A DNA stretch of 64,000 nucleotides from positions 45,386,001 through 45,450,000 of the forward strand of contig NC_087437.1 of the NCBI RefSeq assembly GCF_036321535.1, in the 5' to 3' direction. This DNA comes from Camelus dromedarius (taxonomy: Eukaryota). Shown here one piece after another: positions 25,068 to 37,395 of this stretch. The notes under the pieces were generated by a model. The model was not told the origin of the DNA, made no database searches, and was given only the letters and a program-made list of their open reading frames with translations. The stretch's first letter is position 1; each line of letters begins with the position of its first letter. A program made the translations under genes and the position numbers.

Positions 25068-26084
25068 GGGTCCAAGTAAAGAGCCTGGCTAAATGTCTGC
25101 TCCAACCTTAGCTTCCACTCTTATTTTTTAAAATCTTACTAGAGGAGTTAGAGAAAATCATCTCCTTTCCTTGGTCCAGAGAAGATCACCATCAACCTAC
25201 TGCTTGTCCTCCTTTTTCAGGATTGTGCTTTGGGGCCAGACATACATGGAGTTATTCAGTAATTCACTGATGCTTCCAAAACTCTACTCAGTTATCCTCA
25301 GACTCTCCCAGAGGAGGCAGTTAAATGGCAGTTGTTTCAAAGGCACACCCAGGAAGCTCAGCACTATGGGGGTGGGCACAGAGGAGTTAGTCATTCATCC
25401 AGTGTTGACAGCACACCTGCTATTTGCCAGGCATTGTGTCACAGACTTTGTCCATGTATCGAAGTCAGTATAAGTGGTACACTAATCCAGAAACTTCACT
25501 TTAGATATCCAGAATTCCCTCCCAAGCATTTGAAACATTTTGGAAATTTAACTCTGTTGTGTAATTATTCTAGAACTCCAACCTGCCAGTTACACTTGTG
25601 CTTTAGGGAAGCAACTGAAGGGGGAGGTCTAACTGTTTCTGCTTTAGAATCCCCAAAGAAAAAGACTCTTGCATGATTCTTCCCACCATATCCACTTAAT
25701 ACCAGAGACAAGTAGGAAAAAGAGGCTTCTCTGGCTTCACATCCACCTAGAGCAGTACTTTTATGACTCACTTTTCTGTTAAAGGAGTAGCTAAAGTAAT
25801 AGCCCTGTAAATTCTTTTTTTTTTTTTTTTGCCTGACTTTATCTACATAAACATGCTGAAGGAAAGAAGAAAGATGAAGAATAGCATGATCCCAGACTTG
25901 TGCCAGCTCTGACTAGTCTTGCACCCTCTTCCTTTGTAAAAATTAATTCTCTGCTTTTGATAACTGTGGGCTCTTCTATGTGCTTGCTCTTTTTCCACAT
26001 ACTTCCTCCAATCACTAACTCACCCATGGCCACTGCTACAGGTGATGATGATGCTGACCATAGGAAGTAATTCTGCATTGATTA

Positions 26085-26268
26085 ACGTGTTACAGGCTTT
26101 AGGCTAAGACCTTTATTTCCAATAATAACCCCATAAAGTGGAATTATTGTTAATTTGAGATTAAGAAAATTGGGTTGACAGACGTAAGTAATTTGCCTAG
26201 GGTTAGCTAGCTGGGAAATGGCAGAGCTGGGATGTGAAGCAAGGTCTGCTCATTCCAGAGCCCAAGTG
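26085..26268 (-). mobile_element. MIR SINE
   Basis: taagtaatttgcctagggtt...aatggcagagctgggatgtgaagcaaggtctgcctcattccagagccc. Confidence 0.85.
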
Positions 26269-26289
26269 TATACCTATGGTGGGTTTAGA

Positions 26290-26465
26290 CAGCTTTGGGA
26301 TTTACCCTCAGAAGGAAGTGGGTTTGGGCCTGGTTCCAACAGTTCCTGCTTGTGTGATCTTACACAACTTGCAGAATTACTAAGATCTAGTGTCTTCATC
26401 TGTAAAAATTAAGATAATATTTCTTTCCTCTTAAGGTGTGTTGTGATTAGTTACAAGTTTAATGA
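26290..26465 (+). mobile_element. MIR SINE, head-to-head with the previous one
   Basis: tgtgtgatctt...tcttcatctgtaaaaattaagataat. Confidence 0.7.
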
Positions 26466-26589
26466 CAAAACATGGCCTTAAGGTGGTTATTGTTTCTTTC
26501 CTTTTAGAATTGACCTGTTGACAATTTCTGGTGCCACTTACAGTAAATTACTACTCTAAGATTTTAAATTAAGATTTTAAAGTCAATAG

Positions 26590-27825
26590 ACCCTTCATTA
26601 TATACAACGGTTTTAGATTTATAGAAAAAATGAACAGATAGTTTTGCCTTTTGCAGAATGTCATGCAGTTGGAATCATACAGTATGTAGACTCTCAGATC
26701 GGCTTCTTTCACTTAATAAGATTCATATAAGTTTCCCTCATGCATTTTTCATGGCTTGATAACTCATTTCTATTAGTGAATAATACTCCATTGTATGTAT
26801 GTGCCACAGTTCTATTTACCTTGGTTGATTCCAGTTTGAGCAATTATGAATAAGTCTGCTATAAACATCTGTGTGCAGGTTTTTATGTGGGTATAACTTT
26901 TCAGATAAAATGGGTAAATACCTGGGAGCACAATTGCTGGGTCATATGGTAAGACTGCGTTTAGCTTTGTAAGAAATTGCAAAACTGTCTCTCAATATGG
27001 CTAAATCACTTTTCATTCCTAACACCAATGATGGGGGGTTCCTAATGCTCCACAACCTGGCCAGTGTTTGCTAATGTGAACTGTTTGGATTTTAGCCATT
27101 CTAACAGGTATAGATATATATAAATATCCTCATTGTTTTAATTGCCTGTATAGATATCCTCACTGTTTTAATTTGCAATTCCCTTATGGCATATGATACG
27201 GAGTGTATTTTCATGTGCTTATTTGCCATTTGTAAATCTTCTTCCATGAGGTGTCTATTCAGATTTTTTGCCCATTTTTTAATTCGGTTGTTCATTTTTT
27301 TAAATGTTGAGTTTTAAAAGCTCTTTGTATATTTTGGATACAAGTTCTTTATTATGAACTTTGCAAATATATTCTCCCTGTCTGTGGAGAAGCATCCACA
27401 TTGTCTATCTTTTGAATCTCTTCATAATATCTTTTTTTTAATGTTCAATTTAATTTTTTTATTATATAAATCTCAGGTATACAGCATTATAATTCATCAT
27501 TGGTATACACTACAACATGATCACCAGTGCCTTCACAGTGTATTTTGCAGAGCAAAACTTTTTAATTACAAGAAAGTCCAACTTTTTTTTTTCTTTCATG
27601 GATCATGCTTTTGGTGTTGTAGCTACAAACTCATTGCCAAATCCAAAGTCCTGTAGATTTTTTTCCCTATTTTATCTTCTAGAAGTCATATAGTTTTGTA
27701 TTTTACATCCAGGTCTATGATCCATTTTGAATTGATATTTGTGAAATGTATCAGGTATATTGTTTAGACTGTTTTTTCATATAATATCCAGTTGTTCCCA
27801 CACCACATGTTGAAAAGACTCCATT
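26590..27825 (-). mobile_element. LINE-1 3' region (L1M), with a small nested L1 tail at about 27445-27525
   Basis: gcaattatgaataagtctgctataaacatctgtgtgcaggtttttatgtgg...ttttcatgtgcttatttgccatt...ggtctatgatccattttgaattga. Confidence 0.92.
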
Positions 27826-28576
27826 TACCTGTGTCTTTTAGACAACTTTCTTTTCAATTCAAACTGCTTAAGTTTACCCGGATTGAGTTTCCCTTAGCGG
27901 TTTTGCCCATACTTTTACTACTGAGGGGCAGTATATCTTAATCAACAACAAAGAGTGGGTTCCAATTTGGACCTAAACCTTTGGTGACGTTTTCTTGTTT
28001 GTGACCTATAGGCTAATGCTTTAAAATGCTGCTTAAATAAACCTGAATGAAAAATTAAAAATGATCTCCGAGGAAGGTCCACGCCTCCAGGTCTTTGAAG
28101 AAAATCATGTGAGATAATTGCTTGTCAACTACTTGATTGAGGTGGACACTTTCCAGCTCAAGACAAAACAGGCTGGCTTTTTAATCACCTATCACACGTT
28201 TTGATGACACTCTGACCAAGTAGTAGAATTCAGTTTTGTCCGGTGGCTATTTTAGCCATTTCTGGCCTTTCTTTTCAGGATGCTTCCACAATTCTTTTCT
28301 TGTTTCTGTTGTAAAATCACAAAGTGAGCCAAAAGCTTTTCATATCTTCTTATTATAATCTACCAGTGAGAAAAGTTGCTGAAAGATTTCATCTACTGAA
28401 AAAAAAAAATGAAGTTTGCACATTTTACAGAACGTTGTTCTTTCAACCAAAGAATATTCAGTTGCTTGGAGAATGTCAAGATGAGTTGACTGGATAAACT
28501 CAGGAGACAACTTACATCACCATCTCCTCCGAGACTGCTTCTTTTGAGATTGTTTTTGGGAAAGGTGACACAATTA

Positions 28577-28634
28577 TACCAAGAAATCAGGATGCATTCA
28601 GCCATATATAATAAAAACCATAAAACAGTGGGAG

Positions 28635-28715
<81 letters not shown>

Positions 28716-29153
28716 TTAGTTTATTTATTTATTTTTTTACCAGGAAAGGGATTTATTTTCTCAAATAACAAGAGACCTGGGCTTGGCAGTTCAGCACTGA
28801 TAGTTCACACTGGTTCTGGTAACCAGGCTCTCTCAATCTTCCTACTTTATCATTCTTGATGTGTGGTCACAAAAATGGCCACTGCCTGTCTGGCCATGGC
28901 AGCTGGATTGTAGGCAGGAAAATAAATGTGGTAGATTTATGAAGCTTACAAAATCTTCCCAGAAGTCCCAACAGACTACCACTTACAACTCATTAGGCAG
29001 ATTTAGGTCACGTGGCCGCTTGTAACTACAGGACATACTGGGGAAGGAAATGTTTTATTTTTAGCTGTGTGGACTGCTGCCTTATTATCTCCTTTTACTA
29101 ATGAAGAAGGGGACAACAGATAAGGGTTGGCTACTTACACTCTCTGTGACACA
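28577..29153 (-). mobile_element. Old MLT1 MaLR LTR containing an (AT)n expansion
   Basis: tcaggatgcattcagc...atttattttctcaaataacaagag...cattaggcagatttaggtcacgtggcc. Confidence 0.65.
28639..28712. repeat. Perfect (AT)37 microsatellite
   Basis: Directly visible. Confidence 0.98.
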
Positions 29154-29864
29154 GATCATGCCAGCTCAACTATTTGGAACTTGACGGCCCATCACAGGTT
29201 GAGTAACCAAATTTAAAAAACAAAACAAACAAAAACCTGACTAAAACTGCAATCAGGTTTTGGTTACAGTTTACATGCTATAAGGTATGAAGATCTGTAA
29301 TTATTTTAAAAGTGAGTATTTGATGACTAACTTTGATTTCCCCATAGCCCAATGTTTTTGATCAGACTATGTAATAAAATGCTCTCTATATCCTCAGCTG
29401 GGCCTGGAATATTACTATTATGTTTTAATTGGTTCCTATCCTTACAAATTCCACCCATTTCAAAACCATCCTCCAAATATCTGACTATGCCAAACTTGTG
29501 CTGAACACTTTTCGGTATCTTCTCCTTCGGAAAACAAGCCCAACTTAGACACTAGATGAACCTAGGCTCCCCTTAACACTCTAGCCTGGATTCTTGTCAT
29601 ACCTGACATGCAAACAAAACAAAACAAAACAAAAAAACAAAAAAAAAACCCAAAACAAACTTAATAATAGCTCTAATCTATGGGATTTTTACTGGAACTA
29701 AACAGGGTGCACAGCTCAATGTCCCACACACAGCGCGACAAAGAGCCAGTCTTTCCACCTCTTATTTGATGTTGCTGTGCTAGATTTCCCTTCTTATTCT
29801 CTTCCTTTTGTCAGGCTGACTCCCTTTCATTAAACTGTAGCAAACAGACAAAACTAAGAGGAAA

Positions 29865-30095
29865 AATAATCACTTCAGTTCAGATACCACCTCTTCGAAG
29901 ATATCTTTCTTGGCCTTCTTCTGTGTGACTCAATCTATCATCGAATCCAGCTCCTTCCACTGAAATGATCTGTACGGACATTTGCACAGCAACAGAGCCA
30001 GCCTGTTGCTTGTATTTCTTTGAACTACTGTATTGCCAGTGTTACCAGAGTTACTAGGATACAGTAGGTGGCTCATAAATGTTTGACAAAAGTAA
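29865..30095 (+). mobile_element. LINE-2 3' end
   Basis: cagataccacctcttcgaag...cagtaggtggctcataaatgtttgac. Confidence 0.55.
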
Positions 30096-30102
30096 TGCAT
30101 CA

Positions 30103-30210
30103 TACAGGCATCCCTTGGTATCCACTGGGAATTGCTTCCAGGACCCCCCACGGATACTCAAGTCCCTTAGATAAAATGGCCAAGTACAGTCGGTTCTGCG
30201 TCAGCAGGTT
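30103..30210. mobile_element. MER2/Tigger-type (TcMar) fragment
   Basis: TA+caggcatcccttggtatccactgggaattgcttccaggacccc...caagtcccttagataaaatgg. Confidence 0.75.
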
Positions 30211-30984
30211 AGGAAAGCGAAGTATCATACACGTGCCCTTTAGTACCAGAAAAAGCAATCTTGCTTCAGTATGTCAAAACTACTTCCTCTATTAACCATT
30301 TAAATTCACACAGAAATTAACTCTACCAATGAAGCAAGTTTTATCTCTTATAATCACTGAAAAAACTGCAAAGCAAGAAAAACCAATCGTTTAGAACTTC
30401 TTAGAAAAACTGCAACATATAATAATTTGGAGGGAGAAATGACACTGGAAAGTGAATTTTTTTTAAAATTCAGCTTGAAATGGGGTAGTTTTTTTTTTTC
30501 CTTTTTCTTCTGTAACTCTGCCCTTATGCTTCTAGAATACAGTCAGCGTCTCCTTCGACAGTTCTTATTTTGGTCCTGGCAAGAGCAAATGAATTTTACC
30601 AAACTTGTATCTAATGTTTATTACACTCCCAGAATATGACTATACAGTCTTTGTTAGGCTTCTACAAAATACATTTTATCAAATTAGGGGCTGAGGATGC
30701 CCCTAATTCTCTTCAAATCTCAAAACTGAGAGAGTCCCTGTGTGCCTCCCTGCTGCTCCTTTAGAAAATATGGAAAGTGAAGCCCAAAGTAAGTCACTTG
30801 CCCAAGATCATACATCACTAACAGCAGAGATAGGACGAGAACTAGGACACGTGATGCAAAGGTTTCTTCTCTGATAGGAACTCAGGAATATCGCAAATCT
30901 CACTGCAGGGCCTTTATTCTGTGTCAGTTTCTATAAGCTGAACTACACTTCCCACAGTTCCCTTCCCTGACTATTTTCTTGTTA

Positions 30985-31423
30985 GTGTTGGCAGGAAAAT
31001 GAAGCGTGTGAGAGATCTGAAAGGCAGAAGCAAAGCAGTCGCCATTAAACTTTGAAAGTCACCATGATTAGGAGTGTGAAACAGAATGCAAAGCGGCATC
31101 AGATTCCCACTTGTCCTCACTGGCTCTCACCCCACGTCCAGCTCTCCTTCCTATCTGCTCATCCTGCTGACTGGTAGTGACCCCAGACTCAGGAAAAGTA
31201 GCCTTCCGTCCTCTTCTCTCCCAGCTCTACCTTGTGGTCCCAATCTAGTAACTGGACGTCCCCGGGTTTAGAAGGCCCATTAATGACTTTGCTCTGATTC
31301 TCTAACTCCTCCTTGCAGACCCTCCTTCCCCTACCACTGTGGGAGCTAGTATTCCACAATAAATTCCTTATTCCACAACGTTCATAGCGTTTCTGTCTCC
31401 CTGAATGAACTCTGACTGACACA
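30985..31423 (+). mobile_element. ERVL-type LTR (MLT2-like)
   Basis: ccacaataaattcctt...tttctgtctccctgaatgaactctgactgacaca, a typical MLT2 3' end. Confidence 0.6.
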
Positions 31424-32499
31424 CCCAATTAACACATTACTTGATGTATCTTGCACATCATTTTTTGAGGGGAAAAAAGAAAGGTTTGCTAACCTGACAT
31501 TTAGCAGATATTAATCACAATAGAAGCTGTATAGCATAAGTTACCATATAAGTTTATATATACAGATCAAGTCTTAGTCCTAAAATATAAGTTTGTACAA
31601 TGAGAGTCTAATATAAGATGGTTTTGTTTCCCAAAGAATATCAGTAAGTAAAGCACACAAAGATTAGACTTATTATTATACAAGCAATTGTATATGTTAA
31701 AATATCTCAACTCTGCAATAAAGAAGTCTCTTAAACCTGGTATTTTCCAACCTTATTTGTGGACAGAAACTTTTTTTTTCCAAGTGTCAAGAATGGAATA
31801 TACCTAATAGTATTCTACAAACTGGTGACCCACAGCTTGCCAATTGAAGAAAAATAGCATACAAAAAATATTAAAAATTTTTAATTACAATTTAAGGAGG
31901 ATATTTCTTCTGTCTCTTGGCATGAAGAATATAAAGGAATTCCACTGAATGTTAATTGTAAAAGTACCAATGATAAGAAAGGGATTAAAGGCATCACCCA
32001 GTTTAAAACATAAGCATGTTTCTCAACTGATTCAATGAATAATGGCCCAATGATTGGCTGAAAAGTGAAAGAATGAATAAAGAGCATCTCTATCCCACAG
32101 TCAGTACAGAACTGGATTACTGCTGGTGAAGATGAGTCTGGTTCTTCTGCTTCTGTTCATTATGCACTGCCAACCCACACACAGCCAGGCTGTTTCTGAA
32201 AAATGTTGGTATGAATACACCCTTCAATATTTCTTCCACACTGACTGTAAACATAATCTAGGCATAAATCATCGAAAGTAAATACCAGTGAGCACTTTAA
32301 TCCTTTATAATAAATCAGGGAAATGGGGAGTCTGTGCCTGATGATGAAGTTTGAGTGTAGGTCACACCAGCGGTTTGCTGAAGAGGCAGCACTTTAGAAA
32401 ACAGGGAGCGTTTTGTTAAAGACTTGGAGTTCCACCATAGGGCAGAAATTTTTGCACCTGTTTCTGTCTCTCTTGATTATTAAGTGTTGCTGTTGTCTT

Positions 32500-32850
32500 A
32501 TTTCAGCAAGTCAAATCAAGTAAGAACAAAGTGTTTTTTGTTTTGTTTTGTTTTGTTTTGTTTTCTGAATGCCTACCACCCCAAGGAGCTGAGCTACATG
32601 CTGAGCAAGATGGAAAACTGAATTATAAAAAACTCTGGCCCTCAAATAATTTCTGTTTAGTACAGTAGATAAGATAAATATATAATTTTAATATAAGGTT
32701 GAATCTGGTAAATATCACAGGCAAATGTAGATTAAATTCTGCCCAAGTCAGGAAGAAGAGATTACCTCTGAGAGGAAAGATCACAGAAGCCTTCTTGGAG
32801 TAGGTGGCACTTGAGTCAAATCTTGACTTGAAAAAGTCAGCCTGGGAATT
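32500..32850 (-). mobile_element. LINE-2 fragments with a (GTTTT)n run
   Basis: ctgaatgcctacc...gccctcaaataattt...gaagccttcttggagtaggtggcacttgag. Confidence 0.6.
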
Positions 32851-32895
32851 CTGAAAGACAGTTTAACCAAACTAAGGAAGGCAGTAATCTAGAAG

Positions 32896-33082
32896 TAAGG
32901 TTATCAGATAGAATCCAGGATTCCTGGATAAATTCAGATTCCAAATAAAGAACAAATTTCAGTAAAAGTATGCACCACGCACTATTTAGGACATATTTAC
33001 ATTAAAAATTATTTGTTGTTCACCTGAAATTAAAATTTAGGAGAAGCTCCTGTATTTTTATTTGCTAAATTTGGCAACTCTA
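32896..33082. mobile_element. MER53 hAT MITE, full length, with 8-bp TSD
   Basis: Near-palindromic taaggttatcagata...aaatttggcaactcta; TSD tctagaag (32888-32895) / tctagaga (33083-33090). Confidence 0.85.
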
Positions 33083-33135
33083 TCTAGAGAGAAAAACACG
33101 TGTGATATACTGGGAAAACAGGCTGGTTCAGTTGG

Positions 33136-33590
33136 TGTCATGGACAGAATTATGTCCCCCCCTCAAAATGATACGTTGAAGTCCTAGCTGCCAGTACGTC
33201 AGATAGAGGCTTTATTTGGAAACAGAGTATCTACAGGGGCAATCAAGTTAAAATAAGTTCATTAGGGTAGGCCCTTAATTCAACATGATTTGTGTTCATA
33301 TAAAAAGGGGAATTTCAGACATAGAGACAGACATGCAGAGAGGGACGATGACGTGAAGATGGAGGCAGAGACTGAAACTTTGCTGCCACAGGCCAAAGAG
33401 CGTCTGGGGCTCCCCGAGGCTGGAAGAGTCAGGGTAGGGCTTTCTTCCACGGGTTTCAGAAGAAGTGTGGCCCTACCAACTCCTCAGTTTCAGACTTCTA
33501 GCCTCCAGAACTGTGAGACATTAAATTTCTGTTGTTCTAAGGCACCCGGTTTGTGGTACTTCCTTATGGAAACCCCAGGAAACTAACAGA
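33136..33590 (+). mobile_element. MLT1B/C-like MaLR solo LTR
   Basis: tgtcatggacagaattatgtcccc...gacttctagcctccagaactgtgagacattaaatttctgttgttctaagg...ggaaactaac; perfect 5-bp TSD gttgg. Confidence 0.93.
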
Positions 33591-35023
33591 GTTGGCCGGA
33601 GTCAAAGGTAGACTCCAAAAGGAAGAGAGAATTTTTTGAGCTGAGGCAACACTGTAGAAAGTCCTGGAATCCTGAGGAAAAGAGTTTACACTCCCTCTGT
33701 TTCCTTTACATTCCAAAATGGAAAAAACTTACTGCTGGCTTCTATAGCCATGGCCACGAGGAAAGCTTAACCATGGCCCCAGCATATCTTATTCCCCTAG
33801 AACATTAATTTTATTTGTTATTTAAAAGTAAAACAACAAAAAAGAATACATTATGAAGCAAAATCCAAAATAAGCACAAATTTGAGGGACAGAATATTTG
33901 AAATAAAGTTTAAGTTCTATTTAAGTCCTCAGAAATATATTGTATTCTTTCTTCATCATAAATACTTTAGTGAAAAAGTTTGAGAAGCAGTATTTAATTA
34001 GTGAAGAACCACAGAAGCTTTAGAACAGAGACTCAAAAGATTTTAGCTGTAAGGCAAAACAGTACAAAATAATACATTCCTGTATTCAAGGAGCTTGCAG
34101 TCAAATTCTGTAAACCAGATACAACAAGGAAATGTAATGTTAGATAACTATTCAAGATAATAAAAGAACTGTTAAGGATCATTATAAATTAGTCAAATAA
34201 ATTTCTTTCTCTATAGACATTCAGAAATACTTCAGTGATCAGAGAAAGCATCATTATGAGATGGATTTTTGGCATAGCCTGGAAAGATGGAACAGACTTG
34301 GAAAGCATGTGTAGAATCATTTCATTATTACTTTGAATGAAGCGATATAAAATTCCACTCAATATTTTTAAAAAACCTGCAAGAATCTGTCAGTACTTCA
34401 AAATAAGAAAGTGTATTCAATAATGGATTAACATCATTTTGATAATCCTGAGCACGCACTCTCAACTAAAGTTGATGTACAAAGTCAGTTCAGTGTATTC
34501 TTCAGCCTTGTATTCAAATCGTTCTTAGTTACAGGAAAAACATCCCTTAAGAAATAGGTTTTAGAGAGTAACCATGGCGAGTTGCTAAGTTAGTGTCTTT
34601 GCTAGGGGACTGAGGGTGTTCTGGCTTATGTGTGTGAAGTCATCCAGTTTGCAAGGCATTGGAAAGGTGACACTTGAATGAATCCTTTCAGTCCCATACC
34701 AAAAATTGAAAAAATACGTAATACTCAGAGAAAAACTGGTTACAAACCGACTGTGATTGAATAGCATTTAATCACAAAGAACTGTTTCTTTGAAGAATTT
34801 ACATTTTATCCTAACCAAAAAGTTGTATCTTTACACAACTAAGTTTCATATAGTTTCCGAAGATGATAAAACTAATGAAAACAGAAAAAAGGTAAGTATA
34901 ATAAAAATTATGAATCCAGGAGTGACCAACTGTATATCACAAAGACCTATATACTTTTTGAGAGATTTGCTTCATTTCTTTTTTCTGATCTTAGGTGTTG
35001 GGAAACAAAACAAATAATTCATA

Positions 35024-35176
35024 GTCGTGCTTCTCAAACTTTAATGTGCGTATGAATCACCTAGGATCTTGGGAAGATTCTAATTCAGGAAGTCTGGTCT
35101 GAGATTCTGCATTTCTGGAAAGCTTCCAGAGGCTACCAATGCTGCTGTTCCATAGATCACACCTTGAATATCAAGG
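35024..35176. mobile_element. MER5-family hAT MITE
   Basis: gtgcttctcaaactttaatgtgcgtatgaatcacctagg...gagattctgcatttct. Confidence 0.88.
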
Positions 35177-35989
35177 GGTTTTTAGATGTGTCAATCAAAG
35201 TGCTAAAGGCCTATGCAATGAATTCAAAGGATGCTGATCTGATTCTTTACTTAAAGATTCAGTGATCCTTGCCTGAGCATTCATCATCGTCATCTTATCA
35301 AATTCCCATTTTCCATTTTAATTCATTTTTACAGGTTTTGTAAAACTTCTGATTGTATGTCTAGATTCTTTTTTTTAATTATGTTTTTGCTTCCCAGAGA
35401 GAAAAATGATTATTTTGGGGTCTTTGGAAAGCTGTCATGACAACGCTTTTGGTAAAAATCAGGTTGTACATGATTAGAAACAACTTAATAATTCAAGAAT
35501 TTTAAATGGATAATTTTGCATTGGAAAACAGAATTGGAAATCCCAATCATTCGGATACTTGGTTTAATTTTGGTGGAATGAGATTCTCTGTAAGGTTTCA
35601 CATGGAAATAGATCACTATTGCCATCTCCTGGCAAGTAAACCACATGACCACAGTTTAAGACTTTTTGAACAGCCATATATTGTGAGAAGGCAAGATTAC
35701 CTCATAAATAGGCAATAAAGCATTGAATATTTATTGTAAGACCATCATTGGATTTTTATTCTTTATTCCTGTAAGACCTTTACAAAAATCCATTAGAGTT
35801 GATAAATAGTAGTATTTGTTTTATGAGCTCTTTATGTTGAACAGAAATTCTGCTTGTTACGACTTTTTAAATTAAATGCATGTGATGGATCTACTTACGA
35901 TTGAAACAAATATTAGAGTTGCTTCAAAGAGAAAACCTAGAAAATGTTTGCAAGGCATTGGGGAAACAGAGCTAGGACTGTACCACTGC

Positions 35990-36400
35990 ATGCAGCCAGG
36001 AAAGTGACAGGTAGCTTTCTACCATCTAACAAAGCTGATGGGATGGATAACCGCTCTGACAGCGTTAATCCATCTTTCTGCTGTGGGGGCTGTCACGGAT
36101 GAGATGAATGATACTCCCCCCTCCAACTTGCTTTGTCATCTTGCTGTGTTTTCCTTTAATTTCTCTCCCTTGCCATTGTTCTTTAGAATCAGCTGTTGCT
36201 GATGCTTTCAACTCCCTTTTCGCCCTTCCTCGCATCTGGACATCAGATCATCAGCTGCATCTGAGCCTGGTTCATATACTCCCTGCCTGAGATGCCAGCT
36301 GAGCCATTTATGAGCTCGATGTCACTGAAGTCTGCAAGCTGTACTCCAGGGTGCCGTCCAAACTCTGGCTGCAGCTGAGTGAAAAAGGAGAATGAGATAC
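35990..36400. promoter_or_regulatory. Candidate developmental enhancer (E-box and MEIS motif cluster)
   Basis: Repeat-free segment with 4 CAGCTG, 2 CATCTG, 3 TGACAG/CTGTCA and 1 TAATCC in about 400 bp. Confidence 0.35.
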
Positions 36401-37169
36401 GGCTTCAAGTCATTACCCTCCAGATCAGAATGTTACATCACACATGGTTCTGAGGCTTGACATGTCACCCTCTCAGACTAATCATTTCTCCAAGGATGAA
36501 CATGATGACTACCTTCCCCCCCATAGGCTGAAAGCATCGAGACAACTGACATTAAAAAAACAAAAGAACTCTTCTGAAGTCATTCCGTGGAGGAAGGAGA
36601 GAAATCCATTGTTGCTGTGTTGCTGTTGTTTTGTTGTACTGTTATCATATCTTATCAGAAATTTTACCTAACCTAAATTCTACTCCCTAGTGCGAGATCA
36701 CTAAGCTTCTACACTAAGGTAAAAAAGGAACGAACGTTTGAGAAATCAGCCTCGACGTAAGCTCTGAAGCATGAAATCACTCCAGTTAAGTAGCTGGGTG
36801 GTCTGTCAGTTTCACATCGTTTGCCTTTCGCATCCCTAGCTAAGCCAAATTCCTGAAGAACAAGCTGGGAGAACAAGGGGAGATGATCTTCTATACCTAC
36901 ACTTGGGTCACCTGAGGAAGCCAGAGTACCAAGGGCAGACCCTTGTAAAACACTCTAATTCTGCATGTCTGCTGACCACAAGCTCAGGAACCTTCTCCCT
37001 TTGACGTGAACCTCAGACAGATCCATGAGAAGAAAATCCTCACGGAGAAGAAACAGATATTGAAGGGAGGACAGGAGGGCCATGTAAACAGAGGTTATAG
37101 TAACAGTGAGAAGTCAAAATCATAAAATGAGAAAATCCAAACAGACATTTGAATAAACATAGTTCAAGC

Positions 37170-37395
37170 AATAATAGCATGAAAAGTTCACGTATACAGC
37201 ACTTGCATGTGCCAGGTGTGGCTGTCATGTTACATAAATTAATTTATTCAGTTCTCATGACAATCCTATTTTCTCCACGTGGTAGGTCAGGATCAGGAAA
37301 CAGAGCACAGAAATTTGGAAATGAACAAAGTCATGCAACAAATAAGAGGAACTCAAGATTCCAACCCAAGTAGTCTGGCTCTTAACCACCATGTT
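37170..37395 (-). mobile_element. MIR SINE
   Basis: gcacttgcatgtgccagg...ggaaacagagcacagaaa...caagattccaacccaagtagtctggctcttaaccac. Confidence 0.8.

Noticed and set aside
27108..27178. Tandem duplication atatcctca(t/c)tgttttaatt
   Set aside because: Small local slippage duplication inside a dead L1.
28544..28768. ORF with YIYIYI run
   Set aside because: Translation of (AT)37.
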